This document shows, one piece after another, positions 17,630 to 26,367 of a DNA stretch of 64,000 bases. Position 1 is the stretch's first letter, and every line of letters begins with the position of its first letter. The notes beneath the pieces were generated by a model. The model ran no database searches. It had not been told where the DNA came from and saw only the letters and a program-made list of their open reading frames with translations. The position numbers were made by a program, and so were the translations under genes. Origin of the DNA: a bacterium (GTDB lineage: Bacteria > Elusimicrobiota > Elusimicrobia > Elusimicrobiales > UBA9959); contig JAJZRA010000003.1 of the NCBI GenBank assembly GCA_021847485.1, forward strand, positions 7,819-71,818, in the 5' to 3' direction.

Positions 17630-18928
17630 ATGCTGCGCACCGATACGCTGATAATAGGCGGCGGCCTGGCCGGCCTCGCGGCCGCCAGGGCCCTGGAAGG
17701 CAGGCGGAGCTACCTCGTCGCCGAGCGGGAGAACCGCCCCGGCGGCCTGGCCTCCACGGTCTCCAAGGGCGGTTTCCTCTTCGATTATTCCGGCCACCTG
17801 CTGCACCTCCGCTGGCCGCGCAGCACGAAGCTGATCCTGGACGCCCTCGGCCCCAACCGCCTGCGCCTGAAGCGGGACGCGCGCGTCTACGCCCACGGCC
17901 GGTGGACCCCGTTCCCTTTCCAGGCCAACCTCTCCGGCATGCCCGACAAGGTTAAGGCCGAATGCGTCAGCGGCTTCCTGAAGGCCTGGAACGCCGGCGG
18001 CGGCCGCGGCGACGGGACCGAGCCCTTCAGCCGCTGGACCCGCCGCGTCTTCGGTGAGGGCATCTCCAGCCACTTCATGCTGCCCTACAACGCCAAGCTC
18101 TGGCGCTACCCGCTGGGCCGGCTCACCACGGAATGGTGCGCGCCTTTCGTCCCCATGCCGACCCCGGAGGAAGTGGTGGAAGGCGCCTACGGCCGCCGGA
18201 CCGAGGGCATGGGCTACAACACCAGTTTCTACTACCCGAAGCGCGGCGGCATCGGGGCGCTGGCCAACGCGCTGGCCCGCGGCGCCTCGGGCCTGCGCCT
18301 CGGGCTCGAGGTCGAGCGCGTGGACCTGAAGAAAGGCGTGGCGCAGGTGCGGCACTTCGGCCCGGTCCATTTCAAGCGCCTCATCAACACCTCCCCCCTG
18401 AACGACTTCGTGGCTATGGCGGCCGACGCCCCCGCCGCGGTGCGGCGCGCGGCGGCCTCGCTGCGCCACAATTCGGTCTACGTCCTGAACCTGGGCGCGC
18501 GCGGCGTGCGGCGGGACCTGCACTGGGCCTATTTCCCCGGCCCGGAATTCCCGTTCTACCGGGCAGGCATAGCCTCCAATTTCTCCGCGGCCCTCGCGCC
18601 GCGCGGCTGCGCTTCCTTCTACGTGGAGTTCGCCACGGCGGGCGAGGCGCTGGACCTGGCCTCGGCCGAGAAGGCCGCGGTAAAGGGCCTCGTCGCCTGC
18701 GGCCTGCTGGACCGCGCCTCGCAGGTGACCGAGCGCCTCTGGCTCAGGATCCCCTGCGCCTACGTCGTCTACAACCGGGAGCGCGCCGCCGCGCTGCCGG
18801 TCATCGACGCCTGGCTCAAGGCCCGCCGGGCCCGGAGCATAGGCCGCTACGGGGCCTGGAAGTACTCCTTCATGGAAGAGAGCGTGAAGGAAGGCCTCGA
18901 GGCCGCCGACGCCCTGCCGCGCTCCTGA
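17630..18928 (+). CDS. FAD-dependent oxidoreductase, UDP-galactopyranose mutase-like
   Basis: GGGLAGLAAA dinucleotide loop. FLFDYSGHLL, PFPFQANL and FMLPYNAKLW blocks resemble long-form (eukaryote-type) UGMs as I remember them. Confidence 0.55.
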   Translation: MLRTDTLIIGGGLAGLAAARALEGRRSYLVAERENRPGGLASTVSKGGFLFDYSGHLLHLRWPRSTKLILDALGPNRLRLKRDARVYAHGRWTPFPFQANLSGMPDKVKAECVSGFLKAWNAGGGRGDGTEPFSRWTRRVFGEGISSHFMLPYNAKLWRYPLGRLTTEWCAPFVPMPTPEEVVEGAYGRRTEGMGYNTSFYYPKRGGIGALANALARGASGLRLGLEVERVDLKKGVAQVRHFGPVHFKRLINTSPLNDFVAMAADAPAAVRRAAASLRHNSVYVLNLGARGVRRDLHWAYFPGPEFPFYRAGIASNFSAALAPRGCASFYVEFATAGEALDLASAEKAAVKGLVACGLLDRASQVTERLWLRIPCAYVVYNRERAAALPVIDAWLKARRARSIGRYGAWKYSFMEESVKEGLEAADALPRS

Positions 18929-18935
18929 CCCCGTC

Positions 18936-19766
18936 ATGTCCCCCCGCAAGAGCCGCTACCCGCTCGCAGGCAAGGAGCTGCCGCTGCTCGGCGCGCTGCT
19001 GGCGCTGCCGGTACTGGCCGCGGCCGTCTACCTGCTGTGGCTGCCCGACGTCTCCGCGCTGAAGCGGAAGAACCCGTCCGAGACGGCCTTCATGCGCATC
19101 AAGGAACTGGAGGCGCGGGAGCGCGGCCGGAAGCTGCCCCGCCTGATGGTCTGGACGCCGTGGGAGGGTATCTCCGGCAACCTCAAGCACGCCGTGCTCG
19201 TGGCCGAAGACGGCGGGTTCTACCGGCATAACGGCGTGGAATGGGAGAGCCTCCGGCGCGCCGCCGAGGAGGATTGGAAGCGGCGCCGCTTCGCCCGCGG
19301 CGGCAGCACCATCACGCAGCAGCTGGCCCGCAACCTCTACCTGTCGCCGTCCAAGAACCCGCTGCGCAAGCTGAAAGAGATCCTGATAGCCCGGCGCCTC
19401 GAGAAGGAGCTGGGCAAGCGGCGCATCTTCGAGCTGTACCTGAACGTGGCGGAATGGGGCAAGGGCATCTACGGCGCCGGAGCGGCGTCGCGCGCCTATT
19501 TCGGCAAGCCGCCCTCCGACCTGACGCCCGAGGAGGCCGCGGCGCTCGCGGCCGCGCTGCCGAGCCCCCGGCGCTACAACCCGGTGGGCGGCACGCGCTT
19601 CATGGAACGGCGCAAGAGCGCCATCGTCGCGCGCATGCGCGCCTCCGGCTACCTGCCGGAGGACGCCGACGACGGCGCCCTGGACGAATCCTTCGAAGTG
19701 ATAAATTCCACCGGGATAGCGGTCAGCACCCCCGCCGTAGAGGCCAGCGCCGGAACCGCCCCCTGA
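18936..19766 (+). CDS. mtgA: Monofunctional peptidoglycan glycosyltransferase (GT51)
   Basis: EDGGFYRHNG, RGGSTITQQLARNL and RRLEKELGKRRIFELYLN motifs. Confidence 0.9.
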   Translation: MSPRKSRYPLAGKELPLLGALLALPVLAAAVYLLWLPDVSALKRKNPSETAFMRIKELEARERGRKLPRLMVWTPWEGISGNLKHAVLVAEDGGFYRHNGVEWESLRRAAEEDWKRRRFARGGSTITQQLARNLYLSPSKNPLRKLKEILIARRLEKELGKRRIFELYLNVAEWGKGIYGAGAASRAYFGKPPSDLTPEEAAALAAALPSPRRYNPVGGTRFMERRKSAIVARMRASGYLPEDADDGALDESFEVINSTGIAVSTPAVEASAGTAP

Positions 19767-19814
19767 CGACGGACAGGGACCGACGTTCTTTCGACCCGCG
19801 GGCCGCCCGCCCGG

Positions 19815-20699
19815 TCAGGGCAGGACGCCGGCCTCTATCAGGGCCGCTTTCACGAGGGCCCGCCTGGCCGCGGGGAGCGGCAGCAGCGGCAGGCGCGGCT
19901 CGGGGGCGCACAGGCCCAGGAGCGAAGCCGCGTACTTCACCGGCACGGGGTTGGTCTCGCAGAAGAGCGCCTTCACCAGCGGGAAGAGGGCGCGGTGCGC
20001 CGCGGCCGCCGCGGCCACGTCGCCTTCGAGGAAAGCCTCGCACATCCGCGCGGTCTCGCGCGGGGCCACGTTGGAGACCACCGAGATCACGCCCTTGGCT
20101 CCCACCGACATCATAGGCAGCGTCAGCGAGTCGTCGCCGCTCATCACGGCGAAGCCCGCGTCGGCGCCGCAGACCAGCTCGCTCACCTGGTCCAGGTTGC
20201 CCGAGGCCTCCTTGATGCCGACGATATGGGAGAACTTCCGGCGCAGGGCCAGCGCCGTGGCCGGCAGCATGTTCACGCCGGTGCGGCCGGGGATGTTGTA
20301 GAGCACTATCGGCAGGCGGGTGGCCTTGGCCAGCTCGGAGAAGTGGGCCGTCATGCCCTCCTGCGTGGGCTTGTTGTAATACGGGACTATGGCCAGCAGG
20401 CCGTCGACGCCGAGCGCCGAGACCTTCTTGACCGTCTCCACGGACCTGGCGGTGGAGTTGGTGCCGACGCCGGGCATCACCGGGACCTTCCCGCCGGCGG
20501 CCGAGACCACTGTCTTTATCACGCCCAGGTATTCCTCCTGGTCCAGCGTGGCGGCCTCGCCGGTGGAGCCGCAGGGCACCAGCCCGGCCGCGCCGCCGTC
20601 CAGCTGCGCGCGCACGATGCGCCTGAGCGCCGCCGTGTCCACCCTGCCGTTCTTGAACGGCGTGACTATCGCGGTAAAAACGCCTTTTAGGTTCAGCAT
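19815..20699 (-). CDS. dapA: 4-hydroxy-tetrahydrodipicolinate synthase
   Basis: TPF...GSTGE motifs and the Schiff-base lysine context GIKEASGN. 294 aa. Confidence 0.92.
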   Translation of the reverse strand: MLNLKGVFTAIVTPFKNGRVDTAALRRIVRAQLDGGAAGLVPCGSTGEAATLDQEEYLGVIKTVVSAAGGKVPVMPGVGTNSTARSVETVKKVSALGVDGLLAIVPYYNKPTQEGMTAHFSELAKATRLPIVLYNIPGRTGVNMLPATALALRRKFSHIVGIKEASGNLDQVSELVCGADAGFAVMSGDDSLTLPMMSVGAKGVISVVSNVAPRETARMCEAFLEGDVAAAAAAHRALFPLVKALFCETNPVPVKYAASLLGLCAPEPRLPLLPLPAARRALVKAALIEAGVLP

Positions 20700-21487
20700 T
20701 CGGTCTCTCCCTCGAACACCAGTTTCGCGGGGCCCTGGATCCGTATGCCGGACGCCCCGCCCTTCTCCGCCGTCAGCTCGACGCGGAACTTCTCCCCGCT
20801 GCGCGCCAGCAGCGCGACCGGCGGCCGGGCCTCCCCGGCCAGCGTCATGGCCACGGCGACGGCCGTCAGGCCGGTGCCGCAGGCCAGCGTCTCGTCCTCC
20901 ACGCCGCGCTCGTAGGTGCGCACGCGCAGGACGCGGCCGCGCCGCTCCACGAAATCCACGTTGGCGCCGCCGGGGCCGAAGGCCCCGTTGAAGCGCAGCG
21001 ACCGGCCGAGGCCGCGCACGTCCAGGCGGTCCAGCCCCTTCACCGGCACCACGGCGTGCGGGACACCGGTGTCCAGGAAATGCACGCGCCCGACGCCGCG
21101 CGGGAACTTCCCGCGCAGGTCCAGGCGGACCTTCCTTACGTCGGGCATGCCCATCCTGACGCTCTCCGGGCCCTTTATCTCGGCCGGCAGGTCGCCGGCC
21201 AGGGTCCTCAGCGTGAAGCGTTTAGAGACCAGCCCGCTGCGGGCGGCCCACAGGGCGGCGCAGCGGGAGCCGTTGCCGCAGAAAGCCTCGGAACCGTCGG
21301 AATTGAAATAGCGCACGGAGACGGCGCCGCGGCCGGCCCCGTTGACGTAGAGCAGGCCGTCCGCCCCCACCGAGAGCTTCCTCTCGCACAGGCGGCGCGC
21401 CAGCCGGCGCAGCCCGGCCGTCTTCCTGCGGCCGCCGGTCAGCAGCACGAAGTCGTTGCCGGCGCCGGACATCTTCCAGAACTTCAT
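20693..21487 (-). CDS. dapF: Diaminopimelate epimerase
   Basis: SGAGNDFVLL plus both catalytic Cys contexts (FCGNGSRC, LACGTG). The start was set to the ATG at 21487, which forms an ATGA overlap with the upstream stop. Confidence 0.9.
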   Translation of the reverse strand: MKFWKMSGAGNDFVLLTGGRRKTAGLRRLARRLCERKLSVGADGLLYVNGAGRGAVSVRYFNSDGSEAFCGNGSRCAALWAARSGLVSKRFTLRTLAGDLPAEIKGPESVRMGMPDVRKVRLDLRGKFPRGVGRVHFLDTGVPHAVVPVKGLDRLDVRGLGRSLRFNGAFGPGGANVDFVERRGRVLRVRTYERGVEDETLACGTGLTAVAVAMTLAGEARPPVALLARSGEKFRVELTAEKGGASGIRIQGPAKLVFEGETEC

Positions 21488-22458
21488 TTTGAGCACGCTC
21501 CCTCCTTCGGCGCCGCCTTGGGCGCCAGGAACGCGCCGGCGATCCCGGCCGTGAAAGGCCCGCCTTTGAGCGCGGCCCTGAAGTAGGGTTCCGCCTCGGC
21601 CGGCCGGCCGAGCAGGCGCAGCGCCATGCCCTTCACCTCGGAAGCCAGCGGATCGCCGGGGGCCGCGGCGAGCTCGGCGTCGGCCGCCTCCATGGCCCGG
21701 CGCGGCAGGCCCGCCAGCAGCAGGTAGAGGGCGCGCTCCAGGCGCAGCCGCCGGGACGGCTCCAGCTTGATGGCGGCTTCGGAGGCGGCGATGGCCTTGT
21801 AGTAGTCGCCCTTGCCGGCCGCGACGCGGGCCTCGGCCAGCTTCCAGTAGGAGGAGGCCGGGGCGGCCTCGGAGCCTTTGCCCGCGATGAACAGCGCCTC
21901 CCCCCAGTCCCGCTTCTTCAGCATGCAGGCCGCGTACTCCTTCAGCACGGCGGCGTCGGAGAAATCCTGCAGCACGACCACCCGCGAGTAGTAGTTCTTG
22001 GCCCTGCCGTAGAAGCCCAGCGCCGCGTAGGCGCGGGCCAGCCCCAGGCCGGCGCCGATATCGTCGGGCTTGCCGGCCAGCACTTTCCGGAACAGCGGCA
22101 CCGCGTTCTCGTGGAAACCGGAGGCGTTGTAGATGGAGGCCAGCCGGAAGGCGAAGAGGCCGTCGTCGGGGTAGAGGCCGATGGCCAGCTTGTAGAGGCT
22201 TATGGCCTTATCGGGGAGGCCCTCCCGCTCGTAGCAGCGGCCCATATAGCCGTAGGCCTCCTCGCGCAGGCCGGCGGAGGGCTTCTCGGAGAAGAAAAGG
22301 TCGGAGGCGGAAAGGACGCGGACGCAGTCGCCGGCGGCGTACGAGGCCCGCATGTCGGCCAGCGCGGCGGCGGACCTCTCCTCCGCGCCCCTGCCGAAGA
22401 GGCCCGCGGCGGCGGGGGCGGCGGCAAGCAGCAGCGCGGCCGGCAGCAGCGCCTTCAT
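21484..22458 (-). CDS. Secreted TPR-repeat protein
   Basis: Signal peptide MKALLPAALLLAAAPAAAG. Repeated A/Y/G-rich helical-pair pattern typical of TPR. Trimmed from the chimeric ORF 21484..23373. Confidence 0.7.
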   Translation of the reverse strand: MKALLPAALLLAAAPAAAGLFGRGAEERSAAALADMRASYAAGDCVRVLSASDLFFSEKPSAGLREEAYGYMGRCYEREGLPDKAISLYKLAIGLYPDDGLFAFRLASIYNASGFHENAVPLFRKVLAGKPDDIGAGLGLARAYAALGFYGRAKNYYSRVVVLQDFSDAAVLKEYAACMLKKRDWGEALFIAGKGSEAAPASSYWKLAEARVAAGKGDYYKAIAASEAAIKLEPSRRLRLERALYLLLAGLPRRAMEAADAELAAAPGDPLASEVKGMALRLLGRPAEAEPYFRAALKGGPFTAGIAGAFLAPKAAPKEGACSK

Positions 22459-23399
22459 AGCTTCTCCACCAGCCTGGGCGCGGCGTAGATCAGGTAGCTC
22501 TCGCGGGCCCTGTCCATCCTGGCGGAGGCGGCCGTAAGCCCGGCCTCGCCGGCCTCGACGCAGCGGTCGAAGTCGGCCACCGCCATGTCGCCGACGCTGG
22601 TGCGCATCACGAAATCGGAGCTCTTCTCGGCCTCGCGGGCCAGCAGCGAGCCGCGGATGTCGATCACCTGCAGCAGCGTGGTCAGCACGGTCTCCGGGTT
22701 CCTGGCGGCCTGGTTCTCCATGACGCTGGCCATGACCCAGTCCGCCCCGAGGCCGCGGGCGGCGTCCACGGGGATGTTGTCCACCACGCCGCCGTCCACG
22801 AGGTAGCGCTGCCGGTAGCGCACCGGCGCGAAGATGCCCGGGATGTTGACGCTGGCCCGCACCGCGATGTCGAGCGGCCCTTCCGTAAAGAGCACCTTCT
22901 CGCCGGTGCGGATGTCCATCGCCGTGCAGGCGAAGGGCTTCCTGAGCTTCTCGAAGGTCAGCCCGCCCAGGCGGTCCTCGATGAAGCGCGTGATGTAGGT
23001 AGGCGTAATGAGCTTGTCGGCGATGATCAGCGGCAGGATCTTGATGCCTTTGAAGTCCCTGGCCACCTTCAGGCGTTCGGCGTCGCGCCCGAAGGCCCAG
23101 AGCTCCTCTATCGGCTGGCCCGAGGAATAGATCGCGCCTATCAGCGCGCCCATCGAGGTGCCGGAGACGTAGTCCACCGGGAACCCGGCGTACCCCAGCG
23201 CCTCCAGCACGCCGGTATGGGCGAAGCCGCGCGCGCCGCCGCCGGAGAGGGCCAGGCCCACCGAAGGCCGGTCTGGCGGCCGGGCGGTCGCCACCCGGGT
23301 CCACAGCGCGTCGCGCAGCACCTCGTCGTCGGTCTCCTGCGCGGCGGCGGGGACGGCCGCCAGCAGCAGGCACAGCAGGAAGGCGCGCCGTCCGGGCAT
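22455..23399 (-). CDS. Patatin-like phospholipase (secreted)
   Basis: SGGGARG oxyanion loop, GTSMG nucleophile elbow and DGG catalytic Asp motif. N-terminal signal peptide. Confidence 0.88.
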   Translation of the reverse strand: MPGRRAFLLCLLLAAVPAAAQETDDEVLRDALWTRVATARPPDRPSVGLALSGGGARGFAHTGVLEALGYAGFPVDYVSGTSMGALIGAIYSSGQPIEELWAFGRDAERLKVARDFKGIKILPLIIADKLITPTYITRFIEDRLGGLTFEKLRKPFACTAMDIRTGEKVLFTEGPLDIAVRASVNIPGIFAPVRYRQRYLVDGGVVDNIPVDAARGLGADWVMASVMENQAARNPETVLTTLLQVIDIRGSLLAREAEKSSDFVMRTSVGDMAVADFDRCVEAGEAGLTAASARMDRARESYLIYAAPRLVEKL

Positions 23400-23404
23400 G
23401 GCGG

Positions 23405-24694
23405 TCAGCCCCGCTCCTGCAGGTCGCGGCCGCGGGCGCGCTCGAGGCGGGTGCGAGCCAGCAACTGCCGGTAAACGGCCTCGTCGGCGCGGCGCTCCAG
23501 GTCGCAGAGGCCGCAGAGGGCCCGCAGCGAGGCCATGGACGGCCGGGAAGCGCGCAGGGCCGCCTCGTAGGCGGCCTTCAGCCGGGAAGCCTCCGCCGAG
23601 AGGCGCGCGGCCTCGGCCTGCCAGAACAGCGCTTCCTTGTGCGCGGCGACTATCTCGAAGCGCACCTTGTCCTGCAGCTCGGCGCGCTTCAGCTCGCCCT
23701 GGCGCTGCTGGGCCCGGCGCTGCTGCACCTGGGTCCAGACGTCGTAGGACAGCGGGAAGCGGATGGCGAGCGAGGCCAGCCAGTTGCTGTAGCGCCGGTC
23801 GCTGTTGCCGATGTCGGAAAGGTTGTAGGCGTTGACGTCATAGCTGGCGCCGAGGTAGATGGTGGGATAGCGGCGGACGAGGGCCATGTTCACCGCGATG
23901 TCGTCCATCTGCGCCTTGTAGACCTCGCTCTTCAGCTCGGAGCGGGCCTCCATCGCCGTGACCAGGCTGGAGGTGACGTCCTCCGAGACCGGGCGCGCCT
24001 CGAGGCGGCCTTCCGGCACGGGGCGCCAGCCCGGCTCCTTGTTGAGGGCCCGCAGGAAATCGGCCAGCGCGCTCTCCTCGGCGCTCTCGGCCTGCTTCTG
24101 CCGGTCGGCCAGGCCGGACAGCAGCAGTTCCGCCTCCAGCTCCTCGAAGGCGTCCTTGCGCACCGAGGCGCTGAGGCTCCTGGCGCGGCCCAGCCAGTCC
24201 GCCGCGGCCTCGGCGAGGCGGCGCTGGTAGAGCAGGCCGTAGAAGGCCTGCTTGGCGGCCAGCGCGGCGTCGGCCCGGGCCGTCTCGTAGTTGACCCTGG
24301 CCTGGTTGAAGGCGGTCTTGGCGAGCTTGAGGTCGTTGGTGTTCTTGCCGCCGGTGTAGAGCGGCTGCAGGGCCTGCGCGCGCAGCGTATAGAAGGAGTT
24401 GTCTATGGCCGGGGAGAGGTAGGCCCCGCCCAGCTCCGGCCCCAGCACCGCCGGGTACTCCAGGCTGGCCCGGCTGGCCGCGCCGGAGAGCGTGAACTGC
24501 GGCAGCGCCAGGTAGCGGGCCTCGCGCACCCGCTGTTTGGCTATGATGATATCCTGCTCGGCGGTCAGCGCCGCCGGGCTGTTCCTGACGGCCAGGTCGA
24601 CCGCCTCGTCTATGGTTACCGCTTCCCCGGTCTGGGCCGCGGCCGCTCCCGGCAGGGCCAGGAGCAGGACGGCGGCCAGTTTCGCTAATGGCAT
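23405..24694 (-). CDS. TolC-family outer-membrane efflux protein
   Basis: Signal peptide. Internally duplicated, Ala/Leu/Gln-rich coiled region with beta segments, typical of the OEP family. Confidence 0.8.
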   Translation of the reverse strand: MPLAKLAAVLLLALPGAAAAQTGEAVTIDEAVDLAVRNSPAALTAEQDIIIAKQRVREARYLALPQFTLSGAASRASLEYPAVLGPELGGAYLSPAIDNSFYTLRAQALQPLYTGGKNTNDLKLAKTAFNQARVNYETARADAALAAKQAFYGLLYQRRLAEAAADWLGRARSLSASVRKDAFEELEAELLLSGLADRQKQAESAEESALADFLRALNKEPGWRPVPEGRLEARPVSEDVTSSLVTAMEARSELKSEVYKAQMDDIAVNMALVRRYPTIYLGASYDVNAYNLSDIGNSDRRYSNWLASLAIRFPLSYDVWTQVQQRRAQQRQGELKRAELQDKVRFEIVAAHKEALFWQAEAARLSAEASRLKAAYEAALRASRPSMASLRALCGLCDLERRADEAVYRQLLARTRLERARGRDLQERG

Positions 24695-24695
24695 C

Positions 24696-25241
24696 TTACA
24701 CCTTGAACTTCGGCATGATCTCCGAGACCTTCTTCCGGAGGGCGGCCGCCCGCTCCGCCAGCGGGCCGGACTCGGCGCCGGCGCGGAAGGTCTCGTATTC
24801 GCGGAGCACCTCGTTGACGGTGCCGGCCATGTTGTTGAACTGGTCCTGCAGCTCGGTCAGCTGGTCGCCGCGGCGCAGGTAGACCCGGTGCGTCAGGTCC
24901 CCCTCGGCCAGCGTCGCGCAGCTCTTCTCGAACTTGAAGATGGGGCCGGCCATCTGGTGCGAGATGACGGCGGACACCAGCAGCACGATGCCCATGTACA
25001 GCAGCATCTTGATGCCGAAGACCGGCACCATCGCCGACAGCTCCTCGAGCAGCGGCTGCATCATCGGATGCTCGTTGACCACCTTGGAGACCGTCCAGAG
25101 GATGTCGAGGCCCACCACGATGAAGGCCACCAGCACGCTGAAGAAGATCAGCGCCATGTAGCGGTACTGCAGGTGCTTCTTTATGAGTATCGTCTTGCGC
25201 TGGAACTGCTGCGCGGGTTTGGTTTGAGCGTTGTCTGTCAT
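24696..25241 (-). CDS. Small membrane protein with a HAMP domain and no output domain
   Basis: Two TM segments followed by a HAMP-like helix-linker-helix (ISHQMAGPIFKF...LTELQDQFNNMAGTV). 181 aa. Confidence 0.65.
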   Translation of the reverse strand: MTDNAQTKPAQQFQRKTILIKKHLQYRYMALIFFSVLVAFIVVGLDILWTVSKVVNEHPMMQPLLEELSAMVPVFGIKMLLYMGIVLLVSAVISHQMAGPIFKFEKSCATLAEGDLTHRVYLRRGDQLTELQDQFNNMAGTVNEVLREYETFRAGAESGPLAERAAALRKKVSEIMPKFKV

Positions 25242-25262
25242 ATCACCCCTGTGGCCCGGGCG

Positions 25263-25284
25263 GGCCGGGGAACGGTCCCCGGCC
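25263..25284 (-). other. Intercistronic 9-bp GC hairpin between pfk and the HAMP gene
   Basis: GGCCGGGGA-ACGG-TCCCCGGCC. No U-tract follows. Confidence 0.4.
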
Positions 25285-25299
25285 GCGGCCCGGCTGTCC

Positions 25300-26340
25300 T
25301 CAGAACATCACGTCCATCACGTCGAACCACTCTTTGTTGACGGTCTTCAGCTGGCCGGTGGCCTTCTCGAGCGGCACGCCGACGTACTGGTTGCCGACGA
25401 GGGCGGCCATCTTGCCGAAGTCGCCGTCGCGCACGAGCTCGGCCGCCTTCATGCCGACGCGGGTCGCGAGCATCCGGTCGAACAGCGTGGGGGCCCCGCC
25501 GCGCTGCATATGGCCTATCACGGCGTGGCGCGTCTCGATGCCGGTCTCCTTCTCGATGAAGCCGGCGATGCGCTCGCCCATGCCGCGGTCCTTCAGGATA
25601 GCGTGGCCGAACTGGTCGACCTCGCGCTTGGACCGGCCTTCGCCCACTTCGGGCAGTTCGGCGGCCTCGCTGGTGACCACCAGCGCGAAGCGCTTGCGGG
25701 CGTGCGCCGCCTTGATCTTGGCGAGCATGTCGGCGGTGTCGATCTTCTTCTCGGGGATGCAGACGTAGTCGGCCGCGGCGGCGATGCCGGTGTAGAGCGC
25801 CACCCACCCGGCGTGGCGGCCCATCACCTCGAGCACCATCACGCGGTGGTGGCTGTTGCCGGTGTCCTGCAGGGCCTGCGCGGCCTCGACGGCCCGGGTC
25901 ACCGAGGTGTCGAAGCCGAAGGTGTAGTCGGTCACGCTCAGGTCGTTGTCCATCGTCTTCGGCACGCCGACGACGTTGAGCTTGTGGTCGCGGTAGAGCC
26001 TGGTCGCCACGCCGAGCGTGTCGTCGCCGCCCATCGCCACCAGCGCGTGCAGGCCCAGCTTGTTGAAGGTCTCTATGCACTTCTTGACGTTGGAGCCGTC
26101 GTCCTTCTTGAAAGGGTTGGTGCGGGAGGAGCCGAGCATCGTGCCGCCCTTCATGATGATGTACTCGGTGATCTCGCGGGAGAGCGGGGTGGTAGTGCCT
26201 TCGAGCATCCCCTTCCAGCCGTCGGTGATGCCGACGCATTCGAAACCGAAGCGCTCGGCCGCGTAGACGCAGCCGCGGATGGCCGGGTTGAGGCCGGGGC
26301 AGTCGCCGCCGCCGGTAAGTATGCCTATTTTCTTTTTCAT
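25300..26340 (-). CDS. pfp: 6-phosphofructokinase, probably PPi-dependent
   Basis: GGGDCPGLN N-terminus. GGDD (Asp where ATP-PFKs have Gly) and PKTMDND (Lys where ATP-PFKs have Gly). AAGGAG RBS. Confidence 0.85.
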   Translation of the reverse strand: MKKKIGILTGGGDCPGLNPAIRGCVYAAERFGFECVGITDGWKGMLEGTTTPLSREITEYIIMKGGTMLGSSRTNPFKKDDGSNVKKCIETFNKLGLHALVAMGGDDTLGVATRLYRDHKLNVVGVPKTMDNDLSVTDYTFGFDTSVTRAVEAAQALQDTGNSHHRVMVLEVMGRHAGWVALYTGIAAAADYVCIPEKKIDTADMLAKIKAAHARKRFALVVTSEAAELPEVGEGRSKREVDQFGHAILKDRGMGERIAGFIEKETGIETRHAVIGHMQRGGAPTLFDRMLATRVGMKAAELVRDGDFGKMAALVGNQYVGVPLEKATGQLKTVNKEWFDVMDVMF

Positions 26341-26367
26341 TTCCGTGGTTCTCCTTATTCTAAGGCT

